In this document: one piece after another, positions 1 to 9,201 of the stretch
How the letters are laid out: the number at the start of each line of letters is the position of its first letter
Numbering within the stretch: position 1 is the stretch's first letter
Origin: Thermoanaerobaculia bacterium
GTDB taxonomy: Bacteria > Acidobacteriota > Thermoanaerobaculia > Gp7-AA8
Direction of reading: 5' to 3'
Assembly (NCBI GenBank): GCA_035546335.1
Contig: DATKDP010000106.1
Coordinates: 85,311-149,310, forward strand
Length of the DNA stretch: 64,000 nucleotides
Position numbers and translations under genes: made by a program
Notes under the pieces: generated by a model
What the model was told of the DNA's origin: nothing
Databases searched by the model: none
The model's input: the letters and a program-made list of their open reading frames with translations, nothing else

Positions 1-444
1 TTCCGCGAGCTCGATTACGAGAATTACCGAACCGAGACGCTCGGCCAGGTCTCGATTCAACACTCGCCGATCAGGCGAGCGGAGCGATTGAGGAAGGGGG
101 ACGGCGACAGCGAAGCGAAGTTCTTCTGGGCCTTTCCGAATCTGATGTTCAATGTCTATCCCGACAACTTTTCGACGAATCTCATCCTGCCGCTCGGCGT
201 CGATCGAACGCTGACCGTCTTCGACTGGTATTTTCGCGACCCCGCTCTTCCGGAAGTGAAAGCGATGATCGAGCAGACCGTGGAGTTCAGTGACGAGATC
301 CAGCTCGAGGACATCGCGATCTGCGAGGCGGTCCAAAGGGGGCTGAAGTCGAGCACCTACTCGGCGGGCCGCTATTCCGTGAAGCGCGAGAACGGAGTCC
401 ATCACTTCCACGGACTCCTGGCCGAACACCTCGGGGCGAGGTGA
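1..444 (+). CDS. Rieske-type aromatic ring-hydroxylating oxygenase alpha subunit, C-terminal catalytic (SRPBCC) domain; 5' end outside window
   Basis: Frame 1 is open from nt 1 (FRELDYENYRTE...NLMFNVYPDNFSTNLILP...) to the stop at 445. Pattern is typical of the catalytic domain C-terminus of Rieske non-heme iron oxygenases. Confidence 0.6.
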   Translation, partial: FRELDYENYRTETLGQVSIQHSPIRRAERLRKGDGDSEAKFFWAFPNLMFNVYPDNFSTNLILPLGVDRTLTVFDWYFRDPALPEVKAMIEQTVEFSDEIQLEDIAICEAVQRGLKSSTYSAGRYSVKRENGVHHFHGLLAEHLGAR

Positions 445-448
445 GACG

Positions 449-3184
449 GTGGAGTCCACCGAGGATGGCCGTCTCGACGAGGGCTCCCCGGGTCACCCGC
501 GACGGGGCAGGACGCATGGCGCGTTCGACCTGATCGTCATTCTCTTTTATCTCGCTCTCACGGTCGTGCTCACCTGGCCGCTCGGTCGCAATCTTTCGCG
601 GGCCGTCGCTGATCCGGGCGACCCGTACCTGGTCGCCTGGATCCTCGACTGGGGAATCTGGGCGACATTCAATCGGCCTCTCGAGCTCTTTCACGCGAAC
701 ATCTTTCACCCGGCGCGTTACACGCTCGCCTTCAGCGAGAACCTCTACGGGATCGCGCTGCTGCTGATTCCGTTTCGTCTCGCTTCCCTCTCGCCGCTGA
801 CCCTCTACAACATCGCGTTTTTCCTCGGCTTCACATTCTCCGGATACGGTGCCTTCGTCCTCACCCGCGAGATTACGCGGTCGAAGGCAGCGGCCCTCGT
901 CGCGGGGCTGGTCTACGCATTCGTTCCCTTTCGGTTCGACCACATCTCACATCTTCAGATCATCTGGGGAGGGTGGCTGCCGATCGTCCTGTACGCACTC
1001 TTGCGCCTCTACCGGCTTCCGACCCGAAAGAACGCGGCGTTCTTCGGAGTCGCCTTTTTCTTCAACGGACTGACGAACGTCCACTGGCTTCTGCTCGGGT
1101 CGGTAGCGCTTGGAGCATCCGCACTCTTTCTGATGATGACTCTCGAGAGAGCCAGGCGGCTTCGCTTCGCTGCACACCTCGCCGGTGCGCTGCTGATCGG
1201 GATGCTGGCTCTCATCCCCTTTCTTCTCCCGTACGCGCGGGCATCGTCTCTATACGACATGAAGCGGGATCGTCCGGAGAATCTGAGTGGATCGGCGGAG
1301 CCCCGTGACTGGTTCATTCCGTCGGCGACGAACGCCCTCTATGGCCACCTCCCGATCCGTGCCGAGGGCGTTCCCGAGCGGACACTCTTTCCGGGGCTTG
1401 CGGCGATCGTGCTCGCGACCTCGGGTCTGCTGCTGATTCGGAAAGGAGATCTTCCGCCGGCTTCGTTTCCTCGCGCCTCGAGTGTGCCCCGACCCTCGCT
1501 GCTGCGAGCGATGGATGCGACGATCGTTCTGCTCTTCGTCGTGAGCTACTGGGCGAGGGCCAGCGGCGAGCTGCCACTGGTGGAGCTCGAGGTCAGGCCG
1601 AGCATGCCCGCCATGCTTCTGACAGGACTCATCATGGCTCGCCTCTGGATACGACTGCCCGATGCCGCCGGCGGGAGTCGCGGACTCGGACTCCGCGATC
1701 TTGCGACGGGGTCCCGAACCTCACCGCAGCTGCTCGCGGCGATTCTCTGGTTGGGCATCGGCATCATCGGATCGCTCGGTTTGAGGACATTCTTCCATCA
1801 GTTTCTCTTCGACTATCTCGTGGTGTTCCAGAGCATCCGCGCCCCGGTGCGCTGGGCGATGATCGCCTACGCCGGCCTGGCGGTTCTCGTCGGAGTCGGT
1901 ACTCTGACTCTTCTTCGCAACCGATCACGTTCTGTCTCGGCAGCGATCACCGCCGCGATCGTCGTGGTCGTTCTCTTCGACCTGCGGCCCGTTCAGATTC
2001 CGTGGCATCTCGGCGACCCGGCACGGGCCGCTGTTTACGAGTGGCTCGCTCGCTCCGCTCCCCCCGGAGCCATCGTGGAGCTCCCGCTATCGCTCGATGG
2101 GATGAGCGAGGTTCCGTACGTTCTGGCATCGACGAGACACCACAGGCCTCTGGTCAACGGAGCGTCGGGATTCTATCCCCCGGTGCATCGCGAGCTCGCC
2201 CTGCTGTTCGCAGCCAGCCCGATCGATCCGCGATTCGTCGAACGGCTCGAAGGGATCGATTGCGCCATGATCGTCGTTCACGCAGATCGACTCGGAGCGC
2301 GCAGCAGCGAGATCCGCCGGTGGCTGCGGGAAGAGATGGATCGGGGGCGGTTGAAGGCTCTCAGAGCCTTCGATGATGGAATCGGCGGCGTGTATGTTTT
2401 CGCGACCCGTCGTCTGGAAGCTGGTGAAGCGGAGTCGGAGGTGCGCGATGGAAGTGGGAGAACCGAAATCGAGACGACGAAAGCGTTCCTGGAGACGGCC
2501 GCGATTCCCTATCACGCATCGAGCTTCGGCCGAGTGGAGCTCCCGCGGCCGGAGAGCGGCGTGTGGGGACGACTCCGCGTGACCGGTTGGGTCGCATCAC
2601 CCTCCGGAATTTCACGAGCCACTCTTCTGCTGCAGAACGGCTCGATGAGGATCGATCTCCCGCTTCGGCCGCGTCGCGATCTTCTGAGCGAGATTCCATG
2701 GTACGGCGAGAGCGGCGTGGCCGGATTCGACGTCGTGATTCCGAACCGGCCGCGACGAGTGCGAACGCGCACCGATCTCGAAGTGGAGATCGTCGACGGC
2801 GAAGGAAGGAAGACGCGTCTTTCCTTCACACCGTTTCGATGGTGGAAATGGAGCGAGCCCGACCCGGTACCACCGGATCAGTGGGACGAGGGAAGGATCG
2901 CCGAGCTGTTCGAGCGCCTCGGTCTCGATGATCGCGCCGCCTCTCGACTGCTCAGCGGTTCGGTCACGATCGATGAGTTGGTGACGCCGGCGATCGAGGC
3001 GTATGCGCCGCTCCCCCCGGGCGAGCTCCTTCGCCGGCTCTATCTGCTCCTTCTCGGCAGGGAGCCCGAGGCATCCGGCCTCGCCCTCTACTACGACCGG
3101 CTCGCGGCAGGCGTGCCGCGCGAAGTGATCGTGCGAGCGTTTCTCGCTTCGCCCGAGTTTCGGGAGCGGTATCGAAAGCGATGA
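449..3184 (+). CDS. large polytopic membrane protein (paralog A): N-terminal multi-TM GT-C-like module, second TM cluster, periplasmic region, C-terminal DUF4214
   Basis: 911-aa ORF. Hydrophobic helices after the conserved DPGDPYLVAWILDW loop, with a second TM cluster near residues 420-520. C-terminus LYLLLLGREPEASGLALYYDRL...FLASPEF matches the DUF4214 signature. Strongly similar to ORF 10379..13282. Confidence 0.6.
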   Translation: MESTEDGRLDEGSPGHPRRGRTHGAFDLIVILFYLALTVVLTWPLGRNLSRAVADPGDPYLVAWILDWGIWATFNRPLELFHANIFHPARYTLAFSENLYGIALLLIPFRLASLSPLTLYNIAFFLGFTFSGYGAFVLTREITRSKAAALVAGLVYAFVPFRFDHISHLQIIWGGWLPIVLYALLRLYRLPTRKNAAFFGVAFFFNGLTNVHWLLLGSVALGASALFLMMTLERARRLRFAAHLAGALLIGMLALIPFLLPYARASSLYDMKRDRPENLSGSAEPRDWFIPSATNALYGHLPIRAEGVPERTLFPGLAAIVLATSGLLLIRKGDLPPASFPRASSVPRPSLLRAMDATIVLLFVVSYWARASGELPLVELEVRPSMPAMLLTGLIMARLWIRLPDAAGGSRGLGLRDLATGSRTSPQLLAAILWLGIGIIGSLGLRTFFHQFLFDYLVVFQSIRAPVRWAMIAYAGLAVLVGVGTLTLLRNRSRSVSAAITAAIVVVVLFDLRPVQIPWHLGDPARAAVYEWLARSAPPGAIVELPLSLDGMSEVPYVLASTRHHRPLVNGASGFYPPVHRELALLFAASPIDPRFVERLEGIDCAMIVVHADRLGARSSEIRRWLREEMDRGRLKALRAFDDGIGGVYVFATRRLEAGEAESEVRDGSGRTEIETTKAFLETAAIPYHASSFGRVELPRPESGVWGRLRVTGWVASPSGISRATLLLQNGSMRIDLPLRPRRDLLSEIPWYGESGVAGFDVVIPNRPRRVRTRTDLEVEIVDGEGRKTRLSFTPFRWWKWSEPDPVPPDQWDEGRIAELFERLGLDDRAASRLLSGSVTIDELVTPAIEAYAPLPPGELLRRLYLLLLGREPEASGLALYYDRLAAGVPREVIVRAFLASPEFRERYRKR

Positions 3185-3189
3185 AGAAG

Positions 3190-4596
3190 CTACAGCGCTT
3201 CGAAATCCGTCAGCACCTGCGAGACGCAGGAGCTGACGTTCTTGCCCGCCTGAATATGGAGAAACTCGTTCGGCCCGTGGGCGTTGCTCTGAGGCCCGAG
3301 GACTCCGGTGATGAAGAACTGCGCCTCCGGAAACCGTGCCCCGAGCATGCCCATGAACGGAATCGATCCCCCTTCGCCCATCGAGCCCGCGGATTTGCCG
3401 AAGAACTTCTCCGAAGCCCGCTCGACCGACTTCTCGAGCCATTCGGCCAGGGGAGGGGCTTCCCACCCCGTTGCCCCCTTTTCCGAATCGAAGGTGACTC
3501 TGGCGCCGTAAGGTGGATCGCTCTCGAAGAGCTCTTTGAGCCGGGCGTGAAGATCCGTCGCGTCGAGCGTTGGTGGGAGGCGGATCGACAGTTTGAGCGC
3601 CGTCTTCGGCAGAAGGACATTACCGGACTGAAGCAGCTCGGGAAGACCTCCCTGACCCGTGATCGAGAGGGTCGGCCGCCATGTTCCGTTCAGCAGCAGT
3701 GCGACCGGATCTTGCGACACGGGTCCAACTCCGCTGGCGAAGGGATACTTCTTCCAGATGTCGTCGCCGAGGACGGCAGCCGTTCGCCGCGCCTCCTCGA
3801 GCTTTTCCGGCGGGATCTCGATGGAGAGCCACTCCGGGAGGATGTTTCCGGTTCCCGAGTCCTCGATCCGATCGAGAAGCTGGCGCATGATGCGGAAGCT
3901 CGAGGGGACGATTCCGCTAGCGTCGCCGGAATGGACTCCTTCGGTCAGGACCTCGACTACGAGATTTCCGACGATGGATCCGCGGAGCGAGGTCGTCGTC
4001 CAGAGTCGATCGTAGTCGCCACAGCCGGAGTCGAGGCAGACGACGAGTCCGGGCGTCCCGATGACTGAAGCATACTTTTCGACGTAGTAGGGGAGGTCGA
4101 ACGACCCGCTCTCTTCGCAACACTCGATGAGCACGACGAATCGCGAGTGTGGTCTTCCATCGAGCTTCACTGCCTTGATCGCTGCGACCGCCGCGAACAC
4201 GGCATAGCCGTCGTCGGCTCCGCCGCGACCGTAGAGCTTCCCGTCGCGACGAACGGGGGTCCAGGGACCGAGACCCTCTTCCCAGCCGACCATGGCGGGC
4301 TGCTTGTCGAGATGACCGTAGAGCAGAACGCTCTTGTCGCCGGTTCCATCGACTTCGAGGAGGAGCAGTGGTGTGCGTCCCGGCTCGTTCGCGATCTGCA
4401 GCCGGCTGCCGGGAATCTGCTGGGCGAGCACCCAGTCGCGCGCGAGCTCGACCGCCCGCTGCATGTGACCGTTCGCTTCCCAGTCGGGATCGAACAGAGG
4501 GGACTGGTTGGGAATCTCGATGTAACGGCTCAACGCCGGCAGGACGTGGCTCTCCCAGAAGCTGTCGACGAATCTGCTGGTTTCTTCAACGTTCAT
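3190..4596 (-). CDS. M20 family metallopeptidase / dipeptidase
   Basis: Start chosen at internal Met (MNVEETSRFVDS...), cat at 4594-4596. Motifs HLDKQP, GRGGADDGY and the hallmark of M20 dimerisation-domain peptidases are present. Confidence 0.8.
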   Translation of the reverse strand: MNVEETSRFVDSFWESHVLPALSRYIEIPNQSPLFDPDWEANGHMQRAVELARDWVLAQQIPGSRLQIANEPGRTPLLLLEVDGTGDKSVLLYGHLDKQPAMVGWEEGLGPWTPVRRDGKLYGRGGADDGYAVFAAVAAIKAVKLDGRPHSRFVVLIECCEESGSFDLPYYVEKYASVIGTPGLVVCLDSGCGDYDRLWTTTSLRGSIVGNLVVEVLTEGVHSGDASGIVPSSFRIMRQLLDRIEDSGTGNILPEWLSIEIPPEKLEEARRTAAVLGDDIWKKYPFASGVGPVSQDPVALLLNGTWRPTLSITGQGGLPELLQSGNVLLPKTALKLSIRLPPTLDATDLHARLKELFESDPPYGARVTFDSEKGATGWEAPPLAEWLEKSVERASEKFFGKSAGSMGEGGSIPFMGMLGARFPEAQFFITGVLGPQSNAHGPNEFLHIQAGKNVSSCVSQVLTDFEAL

Positions 4597-4736
4597 GAAA
4601 TCGCCTTCCTCCTCGTCGGTGATCGGCAATACCGCCGGGGAGAATAGCATCAACCTGCCTCGGATGAGCACGCTCAAGCGCCTTTCCGCATTCCCGGGCG
4701 GTCGAAGGCTGTGAGCGAATGTGCGTTTGTCAGCAG

Positions 4737-4766
4737 GGGAGAGCGGGCGTCCCGCGCCCGCCCCCG
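4737..4766. repeat. REP-like palindromic core GGGGAGAGCGGGCG-TCCCG-CGCCCGCC (7-bp stem, 5-nt loop), between apaG stop and M20 start
   Basis: Identical core recurs at 13405-13430, 18050-18078, 18291-18319, 58914-58941 and 61153-61179. Confidence 0.7.
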
Positions 4767-4847
4767 GTTTTGGGAATGACACCGCGGTTCATGTTGGCGT
4801 GGGCGGAAGTGAGGAATCCGAGGGGTGGTTTGCTTCTGAGACTCGAA

Positions 4848-5231
4848 TCAATTCACCGTGTGTGGAACTTCAAGCGAGAAGGGGCTGATGATCGCATCGA
4901 AGCGCTCACCGCGCGCCGAGACCATCTGATAAGCGCCGTGCATCGATCCGACCGACGTTCGGAGCGGACAGAAGCTCGTGTACTCGAACGCTCCTCCCGG
5001 GGGAAGGAGCGGTTGTTCTCCGACGACACCCGGGCCGGTCACGCGCTCTTCGGAACCGTTCGAATCGGTGATGACCCATTCGCGGCTGATCAGTTGCACC
5101 GGCTCCGTCCCTTCGTTCGAGATCCTCACGTGATAAGCGAAGAAGAAGTAGGCATCCTCGGGGGAGCTGCGCTCCGCCACATACTCGCTGGTGACCTCGA
5201 CTCTGATGTCTCTCGTCTTCGTATCGCTCAT
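4848..5231 (-). CDS. apaG: ApaG (DUF525) protein
   Basis: 127 aa. RVEVTSEYV..SSPE...Y.F.Y...I.N.....QL..R.W.ITD..G is the ApaG fold signature. Confidence 0.85.
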   Translation of the reverse strand: MSDTKTRDIRVEVTSEYVAERSSPEDAYFFFAYHVRISNEGTEPVQLISREWVITDSNGSEERVTGPGVVGEQPLLPPGGAFEYTSFCPLRTSVGSMHGAYQMVSARGERFDAIISPFSLEVPHTVN

Positions 5232-5764
5232 CGACTTCTCGCGGAATCGCTCACGATTCTGAGCGTGCTTTCCTCGACTTTGTCCCCTCCAAGGTAAATC
5301 TCCGCCTGGTAATTTCCTGCGTTCCAGGATGCCGTCTCACGAATCTCGAACAGCAGAGGTGTCGATGCCGCGGGCACCTCTTTTCGCATTCGCAAGAGCT
5401 CTTTTCCCGTTTCGTCGAGAATCACGACACTCGCCGCGAGTCCCTCCGGCACTTCCTTCGCCACGACCTCGACGACGATCGGCTCACCTCTGACGAACTC
5501 AGCGGACTCCTGCTCGATCGCTCCCGATGCGCCGAGCCCTCTGCCGATTCTGACGCGCTGGAGAAACCGCGCGCGCTCGAGCGGGATGAGCGTCTCGACT
5601 TCGGCAGTCGATGCATTCAACGGCGCCTGCTCCGCCGTGGTCGTTTCCGGCTGCCGCTGCGGTTGGATCACCTCCGGCTCCTGTTCCTGCCGGCACGCCA
5701 TGACGAACGCGAGCAGGAGAAGGGTGATGAACCTGGGGGTCGTGGTGGTGGTGGTCGTATTCAT
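5228..5764 (-). CDS. lipoprotein of unknown function (paralog of 20782..21261)
   Basis: Start at MNTTTTTTTPRFITLLLLAFVMAC (signal peptide plus lipobox Cys). C-terminal ~100 aa align with the lipoprotein at 20782..21261 (ETASWNAGNYQAEIYLGGDKVEESTLRI vs GTASWTPGTYKAEVYANGECVAEEEFEI). Stop overlaps apaG start by 4 nt. Confidence 0.6.
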   Translation of the reverse strand: MNTTTTTTTPRFITLLLLAFVMACRQEQEPEVIQPQRQPETTTAEQAPLNASTAEVETLIPLERARFLQRVRIGRGLGASGAIEQESAEFVRGEPIVVEVVAKEVPEGLAASVVILDETGKELLRMRKEVPAASTPLLFEIRETASWNAGNYQAEIYLGGDKVEESTLRIVSDSARSR

Positions 5765-5794
5765 GGATCGCCATTCATGCATCGGGCCTGCCAT

Positions 5795-6135
5795 GAGGAG
5801 GCTCGGAGGGAGAGGCTGGAGGCTGGAGACGAGAGGCTAGAGGCTGGGGGACGAGAGACGAGAGACGAGAGACGAGGAGTGAGAGGCCAGGGGCAGATGA
5901 TGAATCACCAGATCATTGCGGAAGCATGATCACGGAATAAGAAGCGGGGTTGAGGAACAAAGCACTACGCAGCATCCGCCATCTCCATCTGCTATTTGGC
6001 ATCTGCCATCTGCTGTTTGGCATCTGCTATTTGGCATCTGCTATTTGCCATTTGCTCTACTATCGTTCGTCTCGTCCCTCGCCCCTCGTCTCTCGCCCCT
6101 CGTCTCTTGTCTTTTCCAGCCTCTAGCCTCCAGCC
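5795..6135. repeat. composite simple-sequence inverted-repeat block (units GGCTGGAG/GCTAGAGG; GAGACGAGAG; 5x tandem CATCTGCTATTTGG; then CTCGTCTC / CCAGCCTC inverted copies)
   Basis: Read directly: 5810-5880 ggaggctggaggctggagacgagaggctagagg...gagacgagagacgag. 5990-6060 five tandem catctgc(t/c)atttgg units. 6065-6135 cgtctcgtccctcgcccctcgtctc...ccagcctctagcctccagcc, the reverse complements of the first motifs. Abuts the GH63 stop at 6137. Confidence 0.7.
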
Positions 6136-6136
6136 C

Positions 6137-8863
6137 CTACCCTCCCCCTCCCCGCCGCCATTCGTCGATCAGGCTCGCGACGAGGCCCGTCCACCCCGTC
6201 TGGTGGTTCGCCCCGAGCCCTTCTCCCGAGTCGCCGTTGAAGTATTCATGGAAGAGGAGAAGGTTCTTCCAGTGAGGATCGTGGGCGAAGCGCTCGCTCT
6301 TGCGCGTGCCGCGCGGACCGTAGAGAGGACGGTAGCCGTCGTCGTCGCGCACGAAGATGCCGATCATCCGATCCGCCAGATTCCCGGCGATCCCGGTGAG
6401 CGTCAGCAGCGCGCGTTCCCCCGTGTCGGGATCGGTCGACATCACCTGCACCTTTCCTCCGAAAGCCTTCTCGAGCTTTCTGAGCGATTCGATCATCAGA
6501 AACGTCGTCGGGAACCAGACCGGTCCTCGCCAGTTGCTGTTGCCTCCCTTGATTTTCACTCTCGCCTCCGCGGGCTCGTACGCGACCTCTGCCGAGTCGA
6601 ACCGGAACGGTTCGAGGCGATGATGCTTGCTGAGGCTTCGCAGGCCGTGCGGCGAGAGAAACTCGTTCGGATCGACCACGCGCGCGAGCAGACGTTCGAG
6701 CTGTTGATGGTCGACTACCGCGAGAACGTGCGTCACGCCGTGCTCGTCCTCGACGGTCGTCACGCAACGCTCGACGATGTCGCGCCGGTTCTCGAGGAAC
6801 CATCGGAGGTTTTCAGCGAAGATCGGGAAGGGGCGAATCCACTGTTCCTCGAGCCGTTCGATCGCATAGAGAGGGATCAGCCCGACCAGCGAGCGGACGC
6901 GGAACGAGGTCGCGCTCCCGTCGGGAAGTCGCAGCAGATCGTAGAAGAAGCCATCGTCTTCGTCCCAGAGCGTTCGCCCATCGCGCGGCATCTTCATCGC
7001 CGCACCGATGTAGACATAGTGCTCGAAGAATTTGGTGGCGAGACCTTCGTAGACGAAGTTCTCCCTGGCCAGCTCGAGTGCGATTCGCATCATCACCAGC
7101 GAGAACATTCCCATCCATCCGGTGCCGTCGCTCTGCTCCAGGCTCGCGCCGCCGGGAAGAGGATTGCTTCGATCGACGACGGTGATGTTGTCGAGTCCGA
7201 GAAAGCCTCCTTCGAAGACGTTGTGTCCCGCCCGATCGACCTTGTTCACCCACCATGTGAAGTTCAACAGCAGCTTGTGGAAGCAGCGCTCGAGAAACGG
7301 GCGGTCGGCCCTGCCGCTGCGGATTCGATCCATGTTGTAGACACGCCAGACGGCCCAGGCGTGCACGGGGGGATTCAGGTCGGAGAACTCCCATTCGTAT
7401 GCGGGAATCTGTCCGTTCGGATGCTGGAACTGTTCGAAGAGAAGGAGCCAGAGCTGTTCCTTCGCCAGCTCCCCGTCGACCAGTGCGAGGGGTACGGCGT
7501 GGAAGGCGAGGTCCCACGCTGCGAACCATGGATACTCCCAGGTGTCGGGCATCGACAGGATGCGCATGGAGTTGAGGTGACGCCAGTGTTGATTGCGTCC
7601 CTCCTTTCGCGATTCGGGGGGAGGCCAGTCGGCGCGATCCCCTTCGAGCCACGCATCGACGTCGAACAGGTAGATCTGTTTGCTCCACAGCATGCCGGCC
7701 AGTGCCTGACGTTGAACCGACTTCTCTTCGTCCGAAGCCTCCGGCGGGTGAATCGTGTCGTAGAAGGTGTCCGCCTCGACCCGGCGTAACGCGAGAACGC
7801 TCTCGCCGTCCGCCAGCGCCTCCGAGGAGGAAGAAGAGCGATGGGTGTCGTTCGATGCCAGGCGCATCGCGACCGTCACCGACTCTCCGGGCTCGACGAC
7901 GAACCGCCACCACGCCGCCGCTTTCGTTCCGGAGGGAGTCTGACTCGTGGCCGCCGTCTCGCGGCCGACGACTCGGCGATGAAACGCATCTTTCGTGTGC
8001 GGGCTCTTCGAGTGCGCCCCCGGGCCGAATACGCGCTCTCCATTCGTTTCGTTGTCGGTGAAGAGGAGCGTGGCGCCGGCGGAAAAATCGAAGCGCATTG
8101 GCCCGAGCCGGGTATCGGCGAGGAGTCCCGGGAGTGGCGGTGCGATCGAATCGTCGGCCAAAAGTGCGACTTCGCCCGACTCGAGCGACTTTGTCGAGAT
8201 TCGAGGAGAGGGGCGCGGCTCGGATCCCCATGACCAGACGTTGCGGAATGTGAGCTGAGGGAGAAGATGGAGCGGAGCGGCGTCGGGCCCGCGATTGGTC
8301 GCCGTGACGCGGAAGTGCATGTCATCGGGAGACGCCTTGGCGATCTCGATCACGATGTCAAAGTAGCGGTCGTCGTCGAAGATCCCCGTGTCGAGAAGCT
8401 CGATCTCGCCTGGATCATGCCGGTCACGGTTCGCGTCGATCAGCAGGCGGTAGGGATATTCGCGCTGCGGATACTTGTAGAGCATCCGCTGCCAGGCATG
8501 ACTCGGAAGGGCATCGAGATGGAAGTAGTACTCCTTGACGTCCTCGCCATGATTCCCTTCGTGCGGAGTGAGACCGAAGAAGCGCTCCTTCAGAATCGGA
8601 TCGCGCTCGTTCCATAGCGCGAGAGACCAGACGAGAATCTGATAGCGGTCGCAGAATCCTGCGATGCCGTCCTCCCCCCAGCGAAAGGCCTTCGAGCGAG
8701 CCAGATCGTGCGGAAGGTAGTTCCAGGCGTCTCCGCCGGCGCTGTAATCCTCCCGCACCGTCCCCCACGCCCGGTCGGCGACGTAGGGGCCCCACTTGCG
8801 CCATGCCGCGAGCTGTTCCGGACTGCCGGAGAGGCGGAGACGTTCGGCATTCGGCGGTGTCAT
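6137..8863 (-). CDS. GH63-like glycoside hydrolase (processing alpha-glucosidase / mannosylglycerate-hydrolase family, clan GH-G)
   Basis: Start set at Met [12 protein letters not shown] (cat 8861-8863). The upstream 67 codons of the track ORF are translated repeat [25 protein letters not shown]-terminus and a long (alpha/alpha)6-type C-terminal region match bacterial GH63 proteins. Confidence 0.6.
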   Translation of the reverse strand: MTPPNAERLRLSGSPEQLAAWRKWGPYVADRAWGTVREDYSAGGDAWNYLPHDLARSKAFRWGEDGIAGFCDRYQILVWSLALWNERDPILKERFFGLTPHEGNHGEDVKEYYFHLDALPSHAWQRMLYKYPQREYPYRLLIDANRDRHDPGEIELLDTGIFDDDRYFDIVIEIAKASPDDMHFRVTATNRGPDAAPLHLLPQLTFRNVWSWGSEPRPSPRISTKSLESGEVALLADDSIAPPLPGLLADTRLGPMRFDFSAGATLLFTDNETNGERVFGPGAHSKSPHTKDAFHRRVVGRETAATSQTPSGTKAAAWWRFVVEPGESVTVAMRLASNDTHRSSSSSEALADGESVLALRRVEADTFYDTIHPPEASDEEKSVQRQALAGMLWSKQIYLFDVDAWLEGDRADWPPPESRKEGRNQHWRHLNSMRILSMPDTWEYPWFAAWDLAFHAVPLALVDGELAKEQLWLLLFEQFQHPNGQIPAYEWEFSDLNPPVHAWAVWRVYNMDRIRSGRADRPFLERCFHKLLLNFTWWVNKVDRAGHNVFEGGFLGLDNITVVDRSNPLPGGASLEQSDGTGWMGMFSLVMMRIALELARENFVYEGLATKFFEHYVYIGAAMKMPRDGRTLWDEDDGFFYDLLRLPDGSATSFRVRSLVGLIPLYAIERLEEQWIRPFPIFAENLRWFLENRRDIVERCVTTVEDEHGVTHVLAVVDHQQLERLLARVVDPNEFLSPHGLRSLSKHHRLEPFRFDSAEVAYEPAEARVKIKGGNSNWRGPVWFPTTFLMIESLRKLEKAFGGKVQVMSTDPDTGERALLTLTGIAGNLADRMIGIFVRDDDGYRPLYGPRGTRKSERFAHDPHWKNLLLFHEYFNGDSGEGLGANHQTGWTGLVASLIDEWRRGGGG

Positions 8864-8874
8864 GCGTGGGGGTA

Positions 8875-9185
8875 TTGTAGTGGAGAGAGGCTGGGGGCTG
8901 GAGGCTAGAGGCTGGGGCTGGAGACCGAGAGACGAGAGGCGAGAGACGAGAGGCGAGAGGCGAGGGGAGACAGATAGCAAATAGCAGATGCCAGATAGCA
9001 GAGGCGATGCGCAATGTCTTTGGCCCATAGCCATTTGCGCCCTCTCCCATGTGCCCTCTCCCATGTGCTATCTGCTATCTGCTATCTGCCATCTGCTATC
9101 TATATCTCCCATCCTCTCGCCTCTCGCCTCTCGTCTCCAGCCTCTCGCCTCCAGCCTCCAGCCTCTAACCCCCAGCCTCTCCTCT
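8875..9185. repeat. composite simple-sequence inverted-repeat block (same three motif families as 5795..6135), imperfect palindrome centred near 9020
   Basis: 8885-9000 ggctgggggctggaggctagaggctgg / gagacgagaggcgagagacgagagg / cagatagcaaatagcagatgccagatagcag. 9040-9180 repeats the same motifs in reverse complement (tgctatctgctatctgc / cctctcgcctctcgtctc / cagcctccagcctc). Confidence 0.7.
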
Positions 9186-9201
9186 GCTACCATAGCGCGC
9201 C

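Noticed and set aside
5975-6065. Tandem short direct repeats (CATCTGCTATTTGG x5 and similar arrays at 8975-9180, 37585-37705) that superficially resemble a CRISPR array
   Set aside because: Units are 8-14 bp and contiguous, with no unique spacers. They are accompanied by their own reverse complements and no cas genes are nearby. These are simple-sequence hairpin repeats, not CRISPR.
6246-8231. Long minus-strand ORFs (6246..6803, 6813..8231) and plus-strand 5996..7789 within the GH63 locus
   Set aside because: Alternative frames of the GH63 gene with Arg/Ser/Pro-rich composition. The frame containing conserved GH63 motifs was kept.
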